A DNA stretch of 64,000 nt from Deltaproteobacteria bacterium (GCA_011046135.1 DSBG01000091.1:12265-76264), one strand, 5' to 3'. Counted from the stretch's first letter, positions 27,843 through 41,571 are shown. A program made the numbers and translations. Notes: generated from the sequence alone by a model not told the origin.

Positions 27843-28678
27843 AGGAGTTCTCCTGGATTGGTCTTCCTTGCAGCAACAGCGGCAGTCTTTCCGAGAAACA
27901 GCCGGTTGAAATTCTCCGTCGTGATCATCGCCATGTTCTCTGGTGTCTTTCCCTTCAGTGATGCCACCACCTCGAGGGTTTTTCTGATATAGGCGGGCTC
28001 ATTCCTCTTTCCCCGGAAAGGTTCCGGAGACAGGTAGGGGGCATCCGTTTCCACGAGAAGGAATTCTTCCGGTGTCTGCGAAACGACCTGTCGAATAACC
28101 GTGGCATTCTTGTAGGTAATCACCCCGGGAACAGAGACGAAGAACCCCTCTGAGATGACACGCTTGGCAAGTGTCGTGTCTCCGGAAAAACAATGGAATA
28201 CCCCGCCAAGTGCCCACGCCTGTGTCTCGTCAAGGACGGCAACGGTTTCTTCGTGAGCGTTTCTATCGTGGATTATAAGTGGAAGTTCGAGCTGCCTGGC
28301 AAGAGATATGTGCGCAAGAAACAAGTCTCTTTGCTTGGTCTTTGACTCTGGTGTTCGGTAGAGATCAAAGCCCGTCTCTCCTACTGCCACGGTTCGTCCC
28401 GGATTGTGAAGGCGCGCAAGACCCAGGACATCTTCAGGAGAAAATCTTCCCGCATTCTGTGGATGAATTCCGAGGGACGCATACACTCCAGAATACGCCC
28501 CGGCCACATGAATCGCCCTGTGTGCATCGCTTTCATCGATGGATACGGTGAGCATGGCGAGTACTCCCTGCTCCCGTGCCCTGGCAATGATGTCATCAAG
28601 ATCGCGGGAAAAGGCTCTGAAATGAAGATGGTTGTGAGCGTCTGCAATGACGGGGCTACCGGCGTGAACGGAACTCAT
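27827..28678 (-). CDS. tatD: TatD family metal-dependent hydrolase
   Basis: The start is set to the ATG at 28678 (MSSVHAGSPVIADAHNHLHF) with a GGGAGG RBS. It has the HxH...E...H...H...D TatD motif set. Confidence 0.85.
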   Translation of the reverse strand: MSSVHAGSPVIADAHNHLHFRAFSRDLDDIIARAREQGVLAMLTVSIDESDAHRAIHVAGAYSGVYASLGIHPQNAGRFSPEDVLGLARLHNPGRTVAVGETGFDLYRTPESKTKQRDLFLAHISLARQLELPLIIHDRNAHEETVAVLDETQAWALGGVFHCFSGDTTLAKRVISEGFFVSVPGVITYKNATVIRQVVSQTPEEFLLVETDAPYLSPEPFRGKRNEPAYIRKTLEVVASLKGKTPENMAMITTENFNRLFLGKTAAVAARKTNPGELLCSSD

Positions 28679-28792
28679 CGTGGATCCTCCCGTTACCCGA
28701 AATGCGCCCTCGTTCATTTCTTAGGGTTTTTCGAGCAACATCTCGCATGGCTTCTCTTGTCAGGACTGTAACTTTCATGTACCATAAGCTAC

Positions 28793-29317
28793 ATGGATCA
28801 TGTTTACAAGATAAAAAAATCCCTGAAAACCCCCATGGTTCTCGCTGTTCTCATTTCGATACCGGTGTTCATCGATGTGGTTCTCGGAGGGTTTGAACTC
28901 AAAATTCTCATTATGGCCATCGCACTCATGGTGTTGTTCTACCTCTTTACCATTAACAATCTGTTGCGCAGCGTCAGGATCACAGATTCAGAGATCACCA
29001 TAACAAGCCTCTTCGGAAGGCATTGCCTCCCGCTCCAAGAGATCGCCTTTTTTGATGGCATGGTCATGGGTTCCAGACAGTTCGTCACCATTTCCAGCAA
29101 AAAGAAAAGCCACCTCATACCGAACAGCTTCGAGACGTTTCCCCGCCTCATTGAAGACATCCTCTCCGTTGCCCCGGAGAATACCGTCGGGGAAGGCCTT
29201 CTTCGCATGAAAGATCATCCCGTGACCAGAAAGAGCGATATCACGGTCGGTTGGATCACCGTTATCCTCTTGCTGCTGATCATCCTCGTGAGATTTTTTC
29301 CTCACTGGCTCCAGTGA
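28793..29317 (+). CDS. hypothetical membrane protein (two N-terminal transmembrane segments, a PH-like soluble part, and a C-terminal transmembrane segment)
   Basis: 174-aa ORF with a hydrophobic segment pattern. I recognise no family. Confidence 0.5.
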   Translation: MDHVYKIKKSLKTPMVLAVLISIPVFIDVVLGGFELKILIMAIALMVLFYLFTINNLLRSVRITDSEITITSLFGRHCLPLQEIAFFDGMVMGSRQFVTISSKKKSHLIPNSFETFPRLIEDILSVAPENTVGEGLLRMKDHPVTRKSDITVGWITVILLLLIILVRFFPHWLQ

Positions 29318-29379
29318 GCAGCGCGCCCACTCCCCGAGAAATTCAAAATAACAGCATGATTTTAAGTGGTTGCGTGTAG

Positions 29380-29395
29380 TGTTTCACGTGAAACT
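29380..29395. promoter_or_regulatory. parS centromere-like site
   Basis: TGTTTCACGTGAAACT matches the 16-bp parS consensus TGTTNCACGTGAAACA at 15 of 16 positions. It sits 40 bp upstream of parA. Confidence 0.8.
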
Positions 29396-29434
29396 TTTAT
29401 GATTTCTCTTTCACACAATCTATGGTAGTGCCTT

Positions 29435-30241
29435 ATGGTGTGCCTTAAGATCATCAGCGTCTCGAACCAAAAAGGTGGGGTGGGGAAAACCACGACGGCA
29501 ATCAATCTCGGATCTTCCCTCGCTCTTCTTGGAAAACGGGTTCTTCTCATCGATATCGACCCCCAGGCAAATGCCACCACTGGGCTCGGGATCGATCCCG
29601 CCCGTCTGGATGCCCACATCTATCATGTTCTCCTGGGAGACACCGCGCTGGATTCCATTCTCATAGAAACCAAAATGAGCGGCCTCTCTCTCGCGCCCAG
29701 TCACACAGACCTCGTGGGAGTAGACGTTGAGCTCATGAATGCACCCCTGCGTGATAGAATTCTTGCTCGGGCCATCTCGAACATTGCAGAATCGTTTGAT
29801 TTCATCTTCATTGATTGTCCTCCATCGTTGGGATTGCTCACCCTGAATGCTCTTACGGCCTCAAGTTCTCTCTTGATTCCTGTTCAGTGTGAATACTATG
29901 CCTTAGAAGGCCTCAAGAGCCTGCTGAATACCTATCAGCTTGTGAAAAAACGCCTGAATCCCGGGCTCGCCATAGAAGGATACCTGCTCACCATGTTTGA
30001 CCCGAGAACAAGGCTCAGCCACGATATTGCGGATAATATGAGGGCACACTTCAACTCACAGGTCTTCACCACCATCATACCAAGAAACATCAGGTTGTGT
30101 GAGGCTCCCAGCTTCGGTTTGCCCATCTGCCTGTATGATATTTCTTCAAAAGGAGCACAAGGCTACCTTATGCTTGCTCGTGAGATCCTGTCCAAGGAGG
30201 AAGGCAATGAAAACCAAGGCCCGCTTGGGGAGAGGAATTGA
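29435..30241 (+). CDS. parA: chromosome partitioning ATPase ParA/Soj
   Basis: 268 aa with the deviant Walker A motif KGGVGKTT. Confidence 0.9.
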   Translation: MVCLKIISVSNQKGGVGKTTTAINLGSSLALLGKRVLLIDIDPQANATTGLGIDPARLDAHIYHVLLGDTALDSILIETKMSGLSLAPSHTDLVGVDVELMNAPLRDRILARAISNIAESFDFIFIDCPPSLGLLTLNALTASSSLLIPVQCEYYALEGLKSLLNTYQLVKKRLNPGLAIEGYLLTMFDPRTRLSHDIADNMRAHFNSQVFTTIIPRNIRLCEAPSFGLPICLYDISSKGAQGYLMLAREILSKEEGNENQGPLGERN

Positions 30242-31055
30242 CGCCCTTTTCTCTGATCAGCTCCAGGATGTTAATTCCCATGTTATCGAGATATCGTCGG
30301 AGGAGATCTATCCGAACCCTATACAGCCTCGCAAAGCCATTGATCCAGAAGCCTTGAATGAACTGTCTGAATCGATCCGTAAACATGGTCTCATCTCACC
30401 CATCGTTGTGCGACGCATCAACTCAAAATATGAAATCATTGCCGGCGAGAGACGATTCCATGCGTGTAAACACGCTGGAATAGATAATATTCCAGCTATT
30501 ATAAGGGAAATGTCAGATAGGGACGCCTTCAAGGTTTCTCTGATTGAAAATCTCCAGAGAGAAGATCTGAATCCCATGGAGGAAGCGGAAGCCTACCAAA
30601 CGCTGAAAGAACACTTTCAGCTGACGCACCAGGACATTGCCTCTGCTGTGTTTAAAGATCGTTCCACAATAACGAACGCTCTGAGGCTCGTAGGTCTTCC
30701 CGAGGACGTGAAATGTGCTCTCAGGGACGGGTCCATCAGCACCGGACATGCCCGCGCTATCCTTATGGCAGATGGCGAACGGGATCGTGTTCACCTTCTT
30801 GAAAAAGTGCTTTCTGCTGGATTGAGTGTTCGGGAAACAGAACGACTCGCTTCGCATATCAAGAACAACAAGAGGAAAAAACACAAGAAAGATCCTCACC
30901 TCGATTCCTTGTCCTCCTTTCTCTCCGAACGCCTCGCAGCTCGTGTAACCTGCTCCTGGGCAAAGCGAAAAGGAAAAATAACCATCGACATTACCTCACG
31001 TGAAGATTTTGATCGAATTGTGAATCTCTTCTCTCACCGAGAACTGCCGGTATGA
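30207..31055 (+). CDS. parB: chromosome partitioning protein ParB/Spo0J
   Basis: The start is set to the ATG at 30207 (MKTKARLGRGIDALF) with an AAGGAGG RBS. ParB box and HTH are present. It overlaps the parA 3' end by 35 nt. Confidence 0.9.
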   Translation: MKTKARLGRGIDALFSDQLQDVNSHVIEISSEEIYPNPIQPRKAIDPEALNELSESIRKHGLISPIVVRRINSKYEIIAGERRFHACKHAGIDNIPAIIREMSDRDAFKVSLIENLQREDLNPMEEAEAYQTLKEHFQLTHQDIASAVFKDRSTITNALRLVGLPEDVKCALRDGSISTGHARAILMADGERDRVHLLEKVLSAGLSVRETERLASHIKNNKRKKHKKDPHLDSLSSFLSERLAARVTCSWAKRKGKITIDITSREDFDRIVNLFSHRELPV

Positions 31056-31228
31056 GCGCTGAGGTTATAAACATATCGACATTTTTCTCTGTATCGGGTA
31101 CAGGATACGAAATATATGAACCATGTTTTGAAAGCAATCACGGTTGTAAATACAATGTGTTATCTTTGTTTTCAACATAACGAAACCGTTTTATTTAAGG
31201 TATGTTACTACGTGAGGAGGAAAGATAG

Positions 31229-32350
31229 ATGAAGTATACCATACCAAAGGACACTCTTCAGGGTATGCTTGCAAAGGTGCAGGGTTTCACAGAGCGAAAG
31301 TCCACGCTGCCCATTCTCAGTCATGTTCTGATGGAGACCAGTGACGATAAACTCAGATTAAAAGCAACCGATCTCCACACCTCAATCCAGGTAATATCCT
31401 CCTGCGAGATCAAAGAACAGGGAGCCTGTGCGATCAGCGCAAAAAGCCTCTATGATGTTGTCAGGGAACTCCCGGATGGGAAAATTGACATCTGGGTAGA
31501 AGATCATACCCGTGCACATATCCACACAGAGAACAACTACATCAAGATGAATGTCATGGATCCAGAGGAATATCCAGTCATAGACTTTTCCCTTGCCCAA
31601 GAAGGATTCCATGTTCCCGTGCACATTATGAAACCCATGGTTGAGAGAACCATGTTCTCCGTTCCCTCACAGGCCGAGGGAGAAACAAAGTATACCCTCA
31701 ATGGTGCACTTCTGACAGCCACTCAAGAGAAAAAGGGATCGTATCTCGAGATGGTTACGACAGACAGCAGGAGGCTCTCTGTCGCGCGATACGAAATTGA
31801 TCAACCCGTGGAGATGGGAGAAGGGATCATTATTCCGAGAAAAGGCTTGCAGGAAATAAGAAGGCTTATGGACAACAGAGAAGAAAATGCAAGCATTCTG
31901 CTTACTCGTGAATCAATCTTCTTCGTCTCAGAGGATACCAGGGCAACGGTGAGACTGATCGAGGGAAAATTTCCTGATTACCGAAGCGTGGTAAACCTGG
32001 AAACATACCCCACATGTACCCGTGTGAACGCACACGAACTGCTCAGCGTGCTCAAGGTATGTGTTGCCATGGTCTCGGATATTTCAAACTGTGTTCGGTT
32101 TTCATTCAAGAAGGATCGAACGTTGATCTTTGCGAATAATCCCGATCAGGGAGAAGTCGACACGGAGATCGCGGCGGATCATAATGGAGAAGATATCGAT
32201 ATCAATTTCAATCCCCGGTATGTTATGGAGTGTCTCGTTTATATCGATGGTGAGGCACACATTTATCTCAAGGGTCCGCAGGGACCATGTATGATAACGG
32301 ACGGGGAAAAAACAGACTGCAAATGGGTGATTATGCCCATGAGAGTCTAA
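31229..32350 (+). CDS. dnaN: DNA polymerase III beta sliding clamp
   Basis: 373 aa, conserved DnaN sequence, with a GAGGAGG RBS. Confidence 0.9.
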   Translation: MKYTIPKDTLQGMLAKVQGFTERKSTLPILSHVLMETSDDKLRLKATDLHTSIQVISSCEIKEQGACAISAKSLYDVVRELPDGKIDIWVEDHTRAHIHTENNYIKMNVMDPEEYPVIDFSLAQEGFHVPVHIMKPMVERTMFSVPSQAEGETKYTLNGALLTATQEKKGSYLEMVTTDSRRLSVARYEIDQPVEMGEGIIIPRKGLQEIRRLMDNREENASILLTRESIFFVSEDTRATVRLIEGKFPDYRSVVNLETYPTCTRVNAHELLSVLKVCVAMVSDISNCVRFSFKKDRTLIFANNPDQGEVDTEIAADHNGEDIDINFNPRYVMECLVYIDGEAHIYLKGPQGPCMITDGEKTDCKWVIMPMRV

Positions 32351-34747
<2,397 letters not shown>

Positions 34748-34776
34748 GACCCCCGAGAAGAATTAGAGGAAGGTCA

Positions 34777-37203
34777 ATGAAGACAGCAACGATAGCAATT
34801 GATCAGGAGATGCGGCGCTCATACCTGGACTACTCCATGAGTGTCATCATAGGCAGAGCGATTCCGGATGTGCGCGATGGTCTCAAGCCCGTGCACAGAA
34901 GAATTCTCTTCGCCATGAATGAGTTGAGCAATACTGCAAACAGGCCATATAAAAAATCTGCGCGCATCGTGGGAGATGTGATAGGAAAGTATCACCCCCA
35001 CGGAGATGCCGCGGTCTATGATGCCATTGTACGCATGGCCCAGCCATTTTCCATGCGCTATCCCCTGATTGATGGACAGGGAAATTTCGGTTCGGTGGAC
35101 GGCGATCCTCCTGCCGCAATGCGGTATACTGAGATCAGGATGATGCCCCTGGCAGAGCAGGTGCTCTCGGATATCGAAAAAGATACCGTCGATTTTCATC
35201 CCAACTATGATGAGTCTCTTTCAGAGCCGGATGTACTCCCCTCGCGAATTCCAGGACTACTGCTCAATGGATCATCAGGTATTGCCGTCGGTATGGCAAC
35301 GAGCATCCCCCCACACAACAGCGAAGAGTTGCTCAATGCCCTGATCTCCCTGATCGAGAATCCGTCAATTACATTGCCTGATCTTATGAACATCATTCCT
35401 GGTCCCGATTTTCCCACCGGAGGAATCGTCTTTTCAGGCGGAGAGATCGAAAAGGCATATGCAACAGGAAGGGGGATCATCACACTCCGCGGAAAGGTGG
35501 ATAGGGACGAAGACCAGAATCGTGAAAGACTCATTGTCACGGAGATCCCCTATACGGTCAATAAAGCCGACCTCGTCGAGCGGATTGCTCTGCTTGCACA
35601 GGAAAAGAAGATTGAGGGCATCGTAAACATCAGGGATGAGTCGGACAAAGACGGAATGAGGATCGTCATAGAGTTGAAAAGGGGCGCTCAGACAGACGTT
35701 GTAGAGAACCAACTCTATAAGCTGACATCTCTGCAGACCTCGTTTTCCATGAACATGCTGGCGATCCACAACGGCAGACCCCGCGTCATGGGCCTGAAAG
35801 AACTCATGCAGGCTTTCCTGGATTTCAGGGAAGAGGTCATTACCCGCAGAAGCCTTTTTGAGCTGAACAAGGCCAAGGCCCGGGTGCACATTCTTGAGGG
35901 TCTCCTGACAGCCCTTGATCATATCGACGAGGTCGTCGCCCTCATCAAGGCATCAGCCAATCCCCTGGAGGCGCGGAAACGCCTCATGGACCGGTTCGGT
36001 TTTTCTGAAATACAGGCACAGGCTATTCTCGACATGCGGTTGCAGCGCCTCACCGGGCTTGAGCGCGAAAAGCTCCTGACAGAACATACCGACTTGCTCA
36101 AGGAGATCGCTCGTTTGGAAGAGATCCTCTCGGAGAGATCGGTTCTGTTGCGCGTTATCCGCGAAGAGATTGAACAGATCCGTAAAGCCTATGCCGATAC
36201 CAGGAGAACGCAGATTGTGAGCAAGGCTGTCGGCGATTTGAACCTCGAAGACCTCATTCCTGACGATAAAATGGTGGTGACCATCACCAAGAAGGGATAC
36301 ATCAAGCGCACTGAACTTACAAAATATAGGACACAGAAGCGAGGGGGCGTGGGAGTCAAAGGTGGACTGGCCAGGGAAGATGATTTCATCGAGCACATCT
36401 TTATCGCCACCAACCATGCATCGATTCTCTACTTCACCAACAAGGGAAGAGTGTACCATACCAAGGTGTACGAGATTCCCGAGAAAGACCGGACCCTCAA
36501 GGGAATCCCCATAATCAATATTCGGCCAATCAGCAAGGATGAGCAGATCTGTGCCGTACTGGTTGCAACAGACATGGATCTGGAAGCCAATGTCATGATG
36601 GTAACGGCAAAGGCTCACATCAAACGGGTTCTGCTGAAAAACTTCAGGAATATTGTGAAGACAGGGATCATCGCTTGTACGCTGGATAACGATGATGAGG
36701 TCATTTCGGCACGAATTACCAGTGGAGATGCTCACATAATTGTGGCTACGAGATATGGAAAGGCGATTGTGTTTAAAGAAGACAAGGTACGAGTCATGGG
36801 GAGGCAGGCTCAGGGAGTAAGGGCCATCGATCTGGAAAAGGATGATTCCGTCGTGGGCATGGATGTTATTCTCTCGGAAGACGAGCTGGTGATCAACCTC
36901 TCCGAACTGGGATATGGAAAGAAGACCCCAGTAAAGAACTATCCCATCCAGAACAGGGCAGGCAAAGGGGTATATACGGTTCATTTGACCAGAAAGACAG
37001 GAAATCTCGTGGGCATACGTGTTGTGAAGAAGACCGACGAACTCATGATCATCTCCTCCTCCGGTCAGATTATCCGCATGCCGATATCCCAGATCAGAAC
37101 GACCATGACTCGATCATCCCAGGGTGTACGCGTTATCCGCATGAAGAAAGATGAGAAAATCGTCGATTTTACGAAATACATGGCTGAAGAGCTGGATGAC
37201 TGA
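34777..37203 (+). CDS. gyrA: DNA gyrase subunit A
   Basis: 808 aa with the active-site region and a C-terminal beta-pinwheel. The AAMRYTE motif is present. Confidence 0.95.
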   Translation: MKTATIAIDQEMRRSYLDYSMSVIIGRAIPDVRDGLKPVHRRILFAMNELSNTANRPYKKSARIVGDVIGKYHPHGDAAVYDAIVRMAQPFSMRYPLIDGQGNFGSVDGDPPAAMRYTEIRMMPLAEQVLSDIEKDTVDFHPNYDESLSEPDVLPSRIPGLLLNGSSGIAVGMATSIPPHNSEELLNALISLIENPSITLPDLMNIIPGPDFPTGGIVFSGGEIEKAYATGRGIITLRGKVDRDEDQNRERLIVTEIPYTVNKADLVERIALLAQEKKIEGIVNIRDESDKDGMRIVIELKRGAQTDVVENQLYKLTSLQTSFSMNMLAIHNGRPRVMGLKELMQAFLDFREEVITRRSLFELNKAKARVHILEGLLTALDHIDEVVALIKASANPLEARKRLMDRFGFSEIQAQAILDMRLQRLTGLEREKLLTEHTDLLKEIARLEEILSERSVLLRVIREEIEQIRKAYADTRRTQIVSKAVGDLNLEDLIPDDKMVVTITKKGYIKRTELTKYRTQKRGGVGVKGGLAREDDFIEHIFIATNHASILYFTNKGRVYHTKVYEIPEKDRTLKGIPIINIRPISKDEQICAVLVATDMDLEANVMMVTAKAHIKRVLLKNFRNIVKTGIIACTLDNDDEVISARITSGDAHIIVATRYGKAIVFKEDKVRVMGRQAQGVRAIDLEKDDSVVGMDVILSEDELVINLSELGYGKKTPVKNYPIQNRAGKGVYTVHLTRKTGNLVGIRVVKKTDELMIISSSGQIIRMPISQIRTTMTRSSQGVRVIRMKKDEKIVDFTKYMAEELDD

Positions 37204-37290
37204 GAGAAACCGGTACAGGATGCCTGTGTAATGCTGCCAATGCCGTATCGACCGGCAAGGGAAGAGCTCCAGGTTTTTTGTGATCAGCGT

Positions 37291-38097
37291 CTATTGTGCG
37301 AGATATCTGACGGCGTTTTCAAAGATCGCCACGCCATCTCCTCGTGAAGACATTCTTTTCATGCGGGTCCAGGTGGGGTGGTTCGTTGCATGAATGAACG
37401 CCTCTGGGTGAGGCATCAGCCCGAAGACTCTCCCCGAGGCATCACAGATCCCGGCAATGGATGACACGGAACCATTTGGATTCGAGGGATAGTCCATGGT
37501 TTGGTGATGCTCATGGTCAGCATAGGAAAGAACATTGAGGTTCCCCTCAATGATTTCTTGGAGTGTCTCATCTGAATCGCAGACGAATTTTCCCTCACCA
37601 TGCCGTACCGGCATGCAAAGCCTTTCCAAACCTCGTGTAAAGACACAAGGGCTGTCGGGATTTACTGCGAGATTGACCCACCGGTCTTCGAATCTGGCAG
37701 AATCATTGAAGGTAAGGGAAACTCGTCTCGTTCCAAAGGGATTACCCGGCAGCAGACCTGACTTTACAAGAGACTGAAAGCCATTGCATACGCCGAGGAC
37801 AAGCATCCCGGCTTCAATACAGGAGAGGAGATCATCAAAGATGCTTCTTCCGGTTGTTTTTATAGTTGCATGCTTGAAGCGCAGGCCTCCGATCTGAGCA
37901 GAACCGAGGTCATCCCCGTCAAGGAACCCGCCGGGAAGATTCAGAAAATGGTAGTCCATCAGGGAGAACCTGCCGCTGATGATTTCGCTGATGTGGGCGA
38001 TATCGGTACAAGCCCCTGCCTGGGTGCAGGCATAGGCCATTTCCATTTCGCAGTTGATCCCATAGCCTGTGATGACTAATGCTTTAACCTGTCTCAT
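37291..38097 (-). CDS. purQ: phosphoribosylformylglycinamidine synthase glutaminase subunit PurQ-like
   Basis: 268 aa with class I glutamine amidotransferase motifs GVCNGFQ...HPE. Confidence 0.8.
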   Translation of the reverse strand: MRQVKALVITGYGINCEMEMAYACTQAGACTDIAHISEIISGRFSLMDYHFLNLPGGFLDGDDLGSAQIGGLRFKHATIKTTGRSIFDDLLSCIEAGMLVLGVCNGFQSLVKSGLLPGNPFGTRRVSLTFNDSARFEDRWVNLAVNPDSPCVFTRGLERLCMPVRHGEGKFVCDSDETLQEIIEGNLNVLSYADHEHHQTMDYPSNPNGSVSSIAGICDASGRVFGLMPHPEAFIHATNHPTWTRMKRMSSRGDGVAIFENAVRYLAQ

Positions 38098-38098
38098 G

Positions 38099-41047
38099 CT
38101 AGAAATCCAGAGGAGCGTGCCATGCAGCTTTCAGTGTCATGATATCCTCATCGATTAAGGGGTGTCTGTTTCGCGACACAATGGTAAGATAGGGTTCACT
38201 GATCACCTGTCCGATACACGCAGCATCATCCCCGAAGAGGTCCTCGATCTGCTGTGCCCTGTCTGGGCTCACCGTGATGAGAATCCTGCTTGATGATTCA
38301 GAATAGAGGAGGTCTGTTTCACTCAGGGTTCCTTCAGAAGGAACCCTGGCCAGGTCGATCCTGAGACCCAGCCCCCCAGCAAAGGACGTTTCTGCCAGGC
38401 AGACGGCAAGACCCCCGTCGGAGACATCGTGGGCAGACGAAACGAGCCCCTGTGAAATTGCCTTGTGGAGAAGACGGTACCGGTTACGTGCCGTTGCTGC
38501 TCTCACTGTAGGTACCTGACCGCCCGTGATGCCAAGGGAAGAGAAATACTCGCTGGCTCCTAGTTCCTTTCGTGTCACGCCAAGAAGGTAGACGAGATCC
38601 GAAGGGTTTTTCACGTCCATGCTCACGGCACCACGCACATCATCGATCTTTCCGATTACCGAAATCAGAATGGTGGGTGGGATGGAGATCTTTACGTCAC
38701 CGATAAGGTAATCGTTTTTCATGCTGTCCTTCCCGGAGATGAGCGGGCAGGAAAAGGCGACGGTATATTCGTAGAGTGCCTTGTTAGCCCTGACGAGCTG
38801 CGCCAGTTTGAATTCTCCATCTGGGTTTCTCGGGCTTGAAACTGGATCGCACCAGCAGAAATTGTCCAGACAGGCCCAGTGGTTCGGATTTCCACCGACA
38901 CAGATATAATTTCTGAGCGCTTCATCGAGGGAGCATGCTGTCATGTGGTACGAATCAAGATCAGAGTATCTCGGAACGATGCCGTTAGAAACGACGACAC
39001 CCTCGTTGGATTCAAGGAGCGGGCGAATTACCGCTGCATCAGAGGGGCCGTCGCAGGCAACCCCCACAAGAGGCTTTATAACGGAACCCCCCTGAACCTC
39101 GTGATCGTACTGTCTGACGACGTACTCTTTTGAACAGATATTCAGTCGCCCGAGCATCTCTTTGAGGGTTCCTGCATGGTCGTGGGGTTCCGGGGTAGAA
39201 ACCTCGGTGATCACCGGCGATGACCACCGAGCCGCCAATTTCATCTGGGGCAGACCATTGTGGAGAAAGTCGAGGCTCAGGTAGGCAACGGTTTTGCCGT
39301 CAAAGGTGCAGTGAAAATAGCCGGAATTCGTGAAACGCCCGATCACGGTTGACTCAACGCCCATCTGTGATGACAGCGCAAGGAAGCTCGATAGGTTCTC
39401 TGGATCAACCGCCAGGGTCATGCGTTCCTGTGCTTCTGAGAGCAGAATTTCCCAGGGATGGAGGCCGAGGTATTTCAGCGGTGGTTTATCCAGTTCAATG
39501 AGACAACCCCCGCTCATCTGCGCCATCTCGCCGACCGAAGACGAGAGTCCTCCTGCTCCGTTATCCGTTATCGCCCTGTACAGCCCGGCGTCTCTCGCTT
39601 TGAGGAGAAAATCGGTGAGCTTTTTCTGGGTAATCGGGTCGCCGATCTGGACAGCTGATGTCGGAGAAGCCTCGTGGAATTCTTCAGAAGAAAAGGTGGC
39701 TCCATGAATCCCGTCCTTGCCAATCCTTCCCCCAGACATGACGATGAGATCTCCTGGAACAATTTTTTTGATGTGGGAGAGAGCCCCCCGTATCCGTGCA
39801 GGCATGATGCCTGCTGTTCCGCAGTATACCAGAGGCTTTCCGAGATACCTGTCGTCAAATACGATACACCCGTTAACCGTGGGGATGCCCGATTTGTTCC
39901 CCCCGTGTTCCACTCCTTCACGCACTCCTTCAAAGATTCTCCGGGGGTGAAGGATCTTCGGGGGGAGTTCCCTTGCGTAGAAGGGAGAGGCAAAGCAGAA
40001 GACATCGGTATTGAAGATGAGCTTTGAGCCGATACCGGTCCCGAAAGGATCGCGATTGACTCCCACGATCCCGGTCAGGGCGCCGCCGTAGGGGTCCAAG
40101 GCAGACGGGGAATTGTGTGTCTCAACCTTGAAAACGAGATTGTACTCTGCATTAAATCTGATGACCCCTGCATTGTCCGTGAACACGCTGACGCAGATGT
40201 CACGATCTCCAGCCAAACGGCGGATCTCTTTCGTGGATGCCTTGATGTAGGTTTGGAACAGGGACGAGATCTCTTCTGAGATCCCGTCTTCTTCATAGCG
40301 AATGTCCGCATTAAAAATTTTATGCTTGCAGTGTTCAGACCATGTCTGGGCAATCGCCTCGAGCTCCACATCGGTGACCTTGTCTCCAAGGCCGACCTTG
40401 GTTCGTTCATCAACGGTCTGCGGGTCTGAGATGTAGCGTGCGAGAGTCTTGAGTTCGTCGAGGTTCAGTGCGAGCGTTCTCTCCTGGGAGAGACGGATGA
40501 GCTCTTCATCGAGGAGCATCAGAGAGAATTCTTCCACGCGTGGATCATGGATTCCCCCCACGACCGGGATGTATGGTTCGATTCCCGAGCATGATGCGCC
40601 GGGGAAGATTCTGATATGGTGGATGAGTTCATTGGCGAGGCATTCCTGTGCTATCCTGCCAACACTGGATCGGGGAAAGGGATCTTTCAGCAGGTATGCC
40701 CGGGCCGAAGAGACGGGATAGGTTTTCCCTGTGATCAGGGAAAGAGCATATTCTGCGCTGTGGCCGATATTGTCGGTTACTCCAGGCCTATACCCGACCT
40801 CAATGTACCAGGAGAAATCATCTGTGAGGAGAGAATTGATGGAGAGCTCCTGGATAACAGGGTCGCAGAAGGCTTCAGACAGCCATGCAGGGCTGAGATC
40901 GTCTCCGTCAATCGTGTAGACATCCAGGCAACGAATAGGTTCAGACGGGGACAATTCGGGAAAAGCATGACGAATCTGGCGTTTTATCTTTTCTCCGCGA
41001 GCATCAAAGAGGTTGATTTTCAGGCCAACCTCAACCCGTACAGCCAT
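38099..41047 (-). CDS. purL: phosphoribosylformylglycinamidine synthase PurL with a fused N-terminal PurS-like domain
   Basis: 982 aa. It has a PurS-like N-terminal ~80 aa followed by the AIR-synthase-related duplicated PurL core. The stop lies 1 nt from the purQ start. Confidence 0.85.
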   Translation of the reverse strand: MAVRVEVGLKINLFDARGEKIKRQIRHAFPELSPSEPIRCLDVYTIDGDDLSPAWLSEAFCDPVIQELSINSLLTDDFSWYIEVGYRPGVTDNIGHSAEYALSLITGKTYPVSSARAYLLKDPFPRSSVGRIAQECLANELIHHIRIFPGASCSGIEPYIPVVGGIHDPRVEEFSLMLLDEELIRLSQERTLALNLDELKTLARYISDPQTVDERTKVGLGDKVTDVELEAIAQTWSEHCKHKIFNADIRYEEDGISEEISSLFQTYIKASTKEIRRLAGDRDICVSVFTDNAGVIRFNAEYNLVFKVETHNSPSALDPYGGALTGIVGVNRDPFGTGIGSKLIFNTDVFCFASPFYARELPPKILHPRRIFEGVREGVEHGGNKSGIPTVNGCIVFDDRYLGKPLVYCGTAGIMPARIRGALSHIKKIVPGDLIVMSGGRIGKDGIHGATFSSEEFHEASPTSAVQIGDPITQKKLTDFLLKARDAGLYRAITDNGAGGLSSSVGEMAQMSGGCLIELDKPPLKYLGLHPWEILLSEAQERMTLAVDPENLSSFLALSSQMGVESTVIGRFTNSGYFHCTFDGKTVAYLSLDFLHNGLPQMKLAARWSSPVITEVSTPEPHDHAGTLKEMLGRLNICSKEYVVRQYDHEVQGGSVIKPLVGVACDGPSDAAVIRPLLESNEGVVVSNGIVPRYSDLDSYHMTACSLDEALRNYICVGGNPNHWACLDNFCWCDPVSSPRNPDGEFKLAQLVRANKALYEYTVAFSCPLISGKDSMKNDYLIGDVKISIPPTILISVIGKIDDVRGAVSMDVKNPSDLVYLLGVTRKELGASEYFSSLGITGGQVPTVRAATARNRYRLLHKAISQGLVSSAHDVSDGGLAVCLAETSFAGGLGLRIDLARVPSEGTLSETDLLYSESSSRILITVSPDRAQQIEDLFGDDAACIGQVISEPYLTIVSRNRHPLIDEDIMTLKAAWHAPLDF

Positions 41048-41050
41048 TCA

Positions 41051-41485
41051 CTATCCTTTCTCCTCGGTGTATACGCTGATAGGCTCTTCGATGCTCTCGC
41101 GTTCTGATTTACATTTCACACACAATGTTGCGAACGGCATGGCTCTGAGTCTTCCGACAGGAATGTTTTCTCCGCAGTCCTCGCAGAAGCCATATTCTGA
41201 GTATTCAATTTTTTGGAGAGCCGTTTCTATCTGCTCGAGTTTCTGTCGCTCTCGTGTTGTCAGGAGAAGGTTGAATTCGCGGGATTGTTCCAGGTCCGCA
41301 TCATCAAAAATGTCGCCAATTTCTCTCTGATCAGAGATATCATTGGATTTAATTCTTCCTTCCAAAGACGTGAGGATGTCCTGCTTCAAATTCATCAGGA
41401 GATCACGAATTTCAAGGAGCTCATTCTTTCGTAACATGCCTCCCTCCCGGTTCATTGTAAAAGTAGGCTCCTTATACTGATTCAA
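41051..41485 (-). CDS. dksA: DksA/TraR family C4-type zinc-finger protein
   Basis: Coiled coil plus a C-terminal CEDCGENIPVGRLRAMPFATLCVKC zinc finger. Confidence 0.75.
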   Translation of the reverse strand: MNQYKEPTFTMNREGGMLRKNELLEIRDLLMNLKQDILTSLEGRIKSNDISDQREIGDIFDDADLEQSREFNLLLTTRERQKLEQIETALQKIEYSEYGFCEDCGENIPVGRLRAMPFATLCVKCKSERESIEEPISVYTEEKG

Positions 41486-41571
41486 ATGCGCTTGTCAATA
41501 TCCAAATGCAGGTGTGATCCCCAGAGAAGGTCAGGGTTTTCGCCCGAGGCAAGGATGGCTCAGCACACGAT

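Noticed and set aside
30992-31007. Second parS-like sequence TACCTCACGTGAAGAT inside parB
   Set aside because: It matches the consensus at only 10 of 16 positions. Only the CACGTGAA core is shared, and it lies inside coding sequence, so it is probably not a functional parS
31056-31228. oriC with DnaA boxes in the parB-dnaN spacer
   Set aside because: Only degenerate 7-of-9 matches to TTATCCACA were seen and there is no cluster of boxes. It is kept as a note under the origin-region finding rather than called as oriC
35953-36984. 343-aa minus-strand ORF inside gyrA
   Set aside because: It is antisense to the highly conserved gyrA and is a shadow ORF. The same applies to 1499..2092 plus (an alternate frame of the DUF523 gene) and 33152..33958 minus (inside gyrB)
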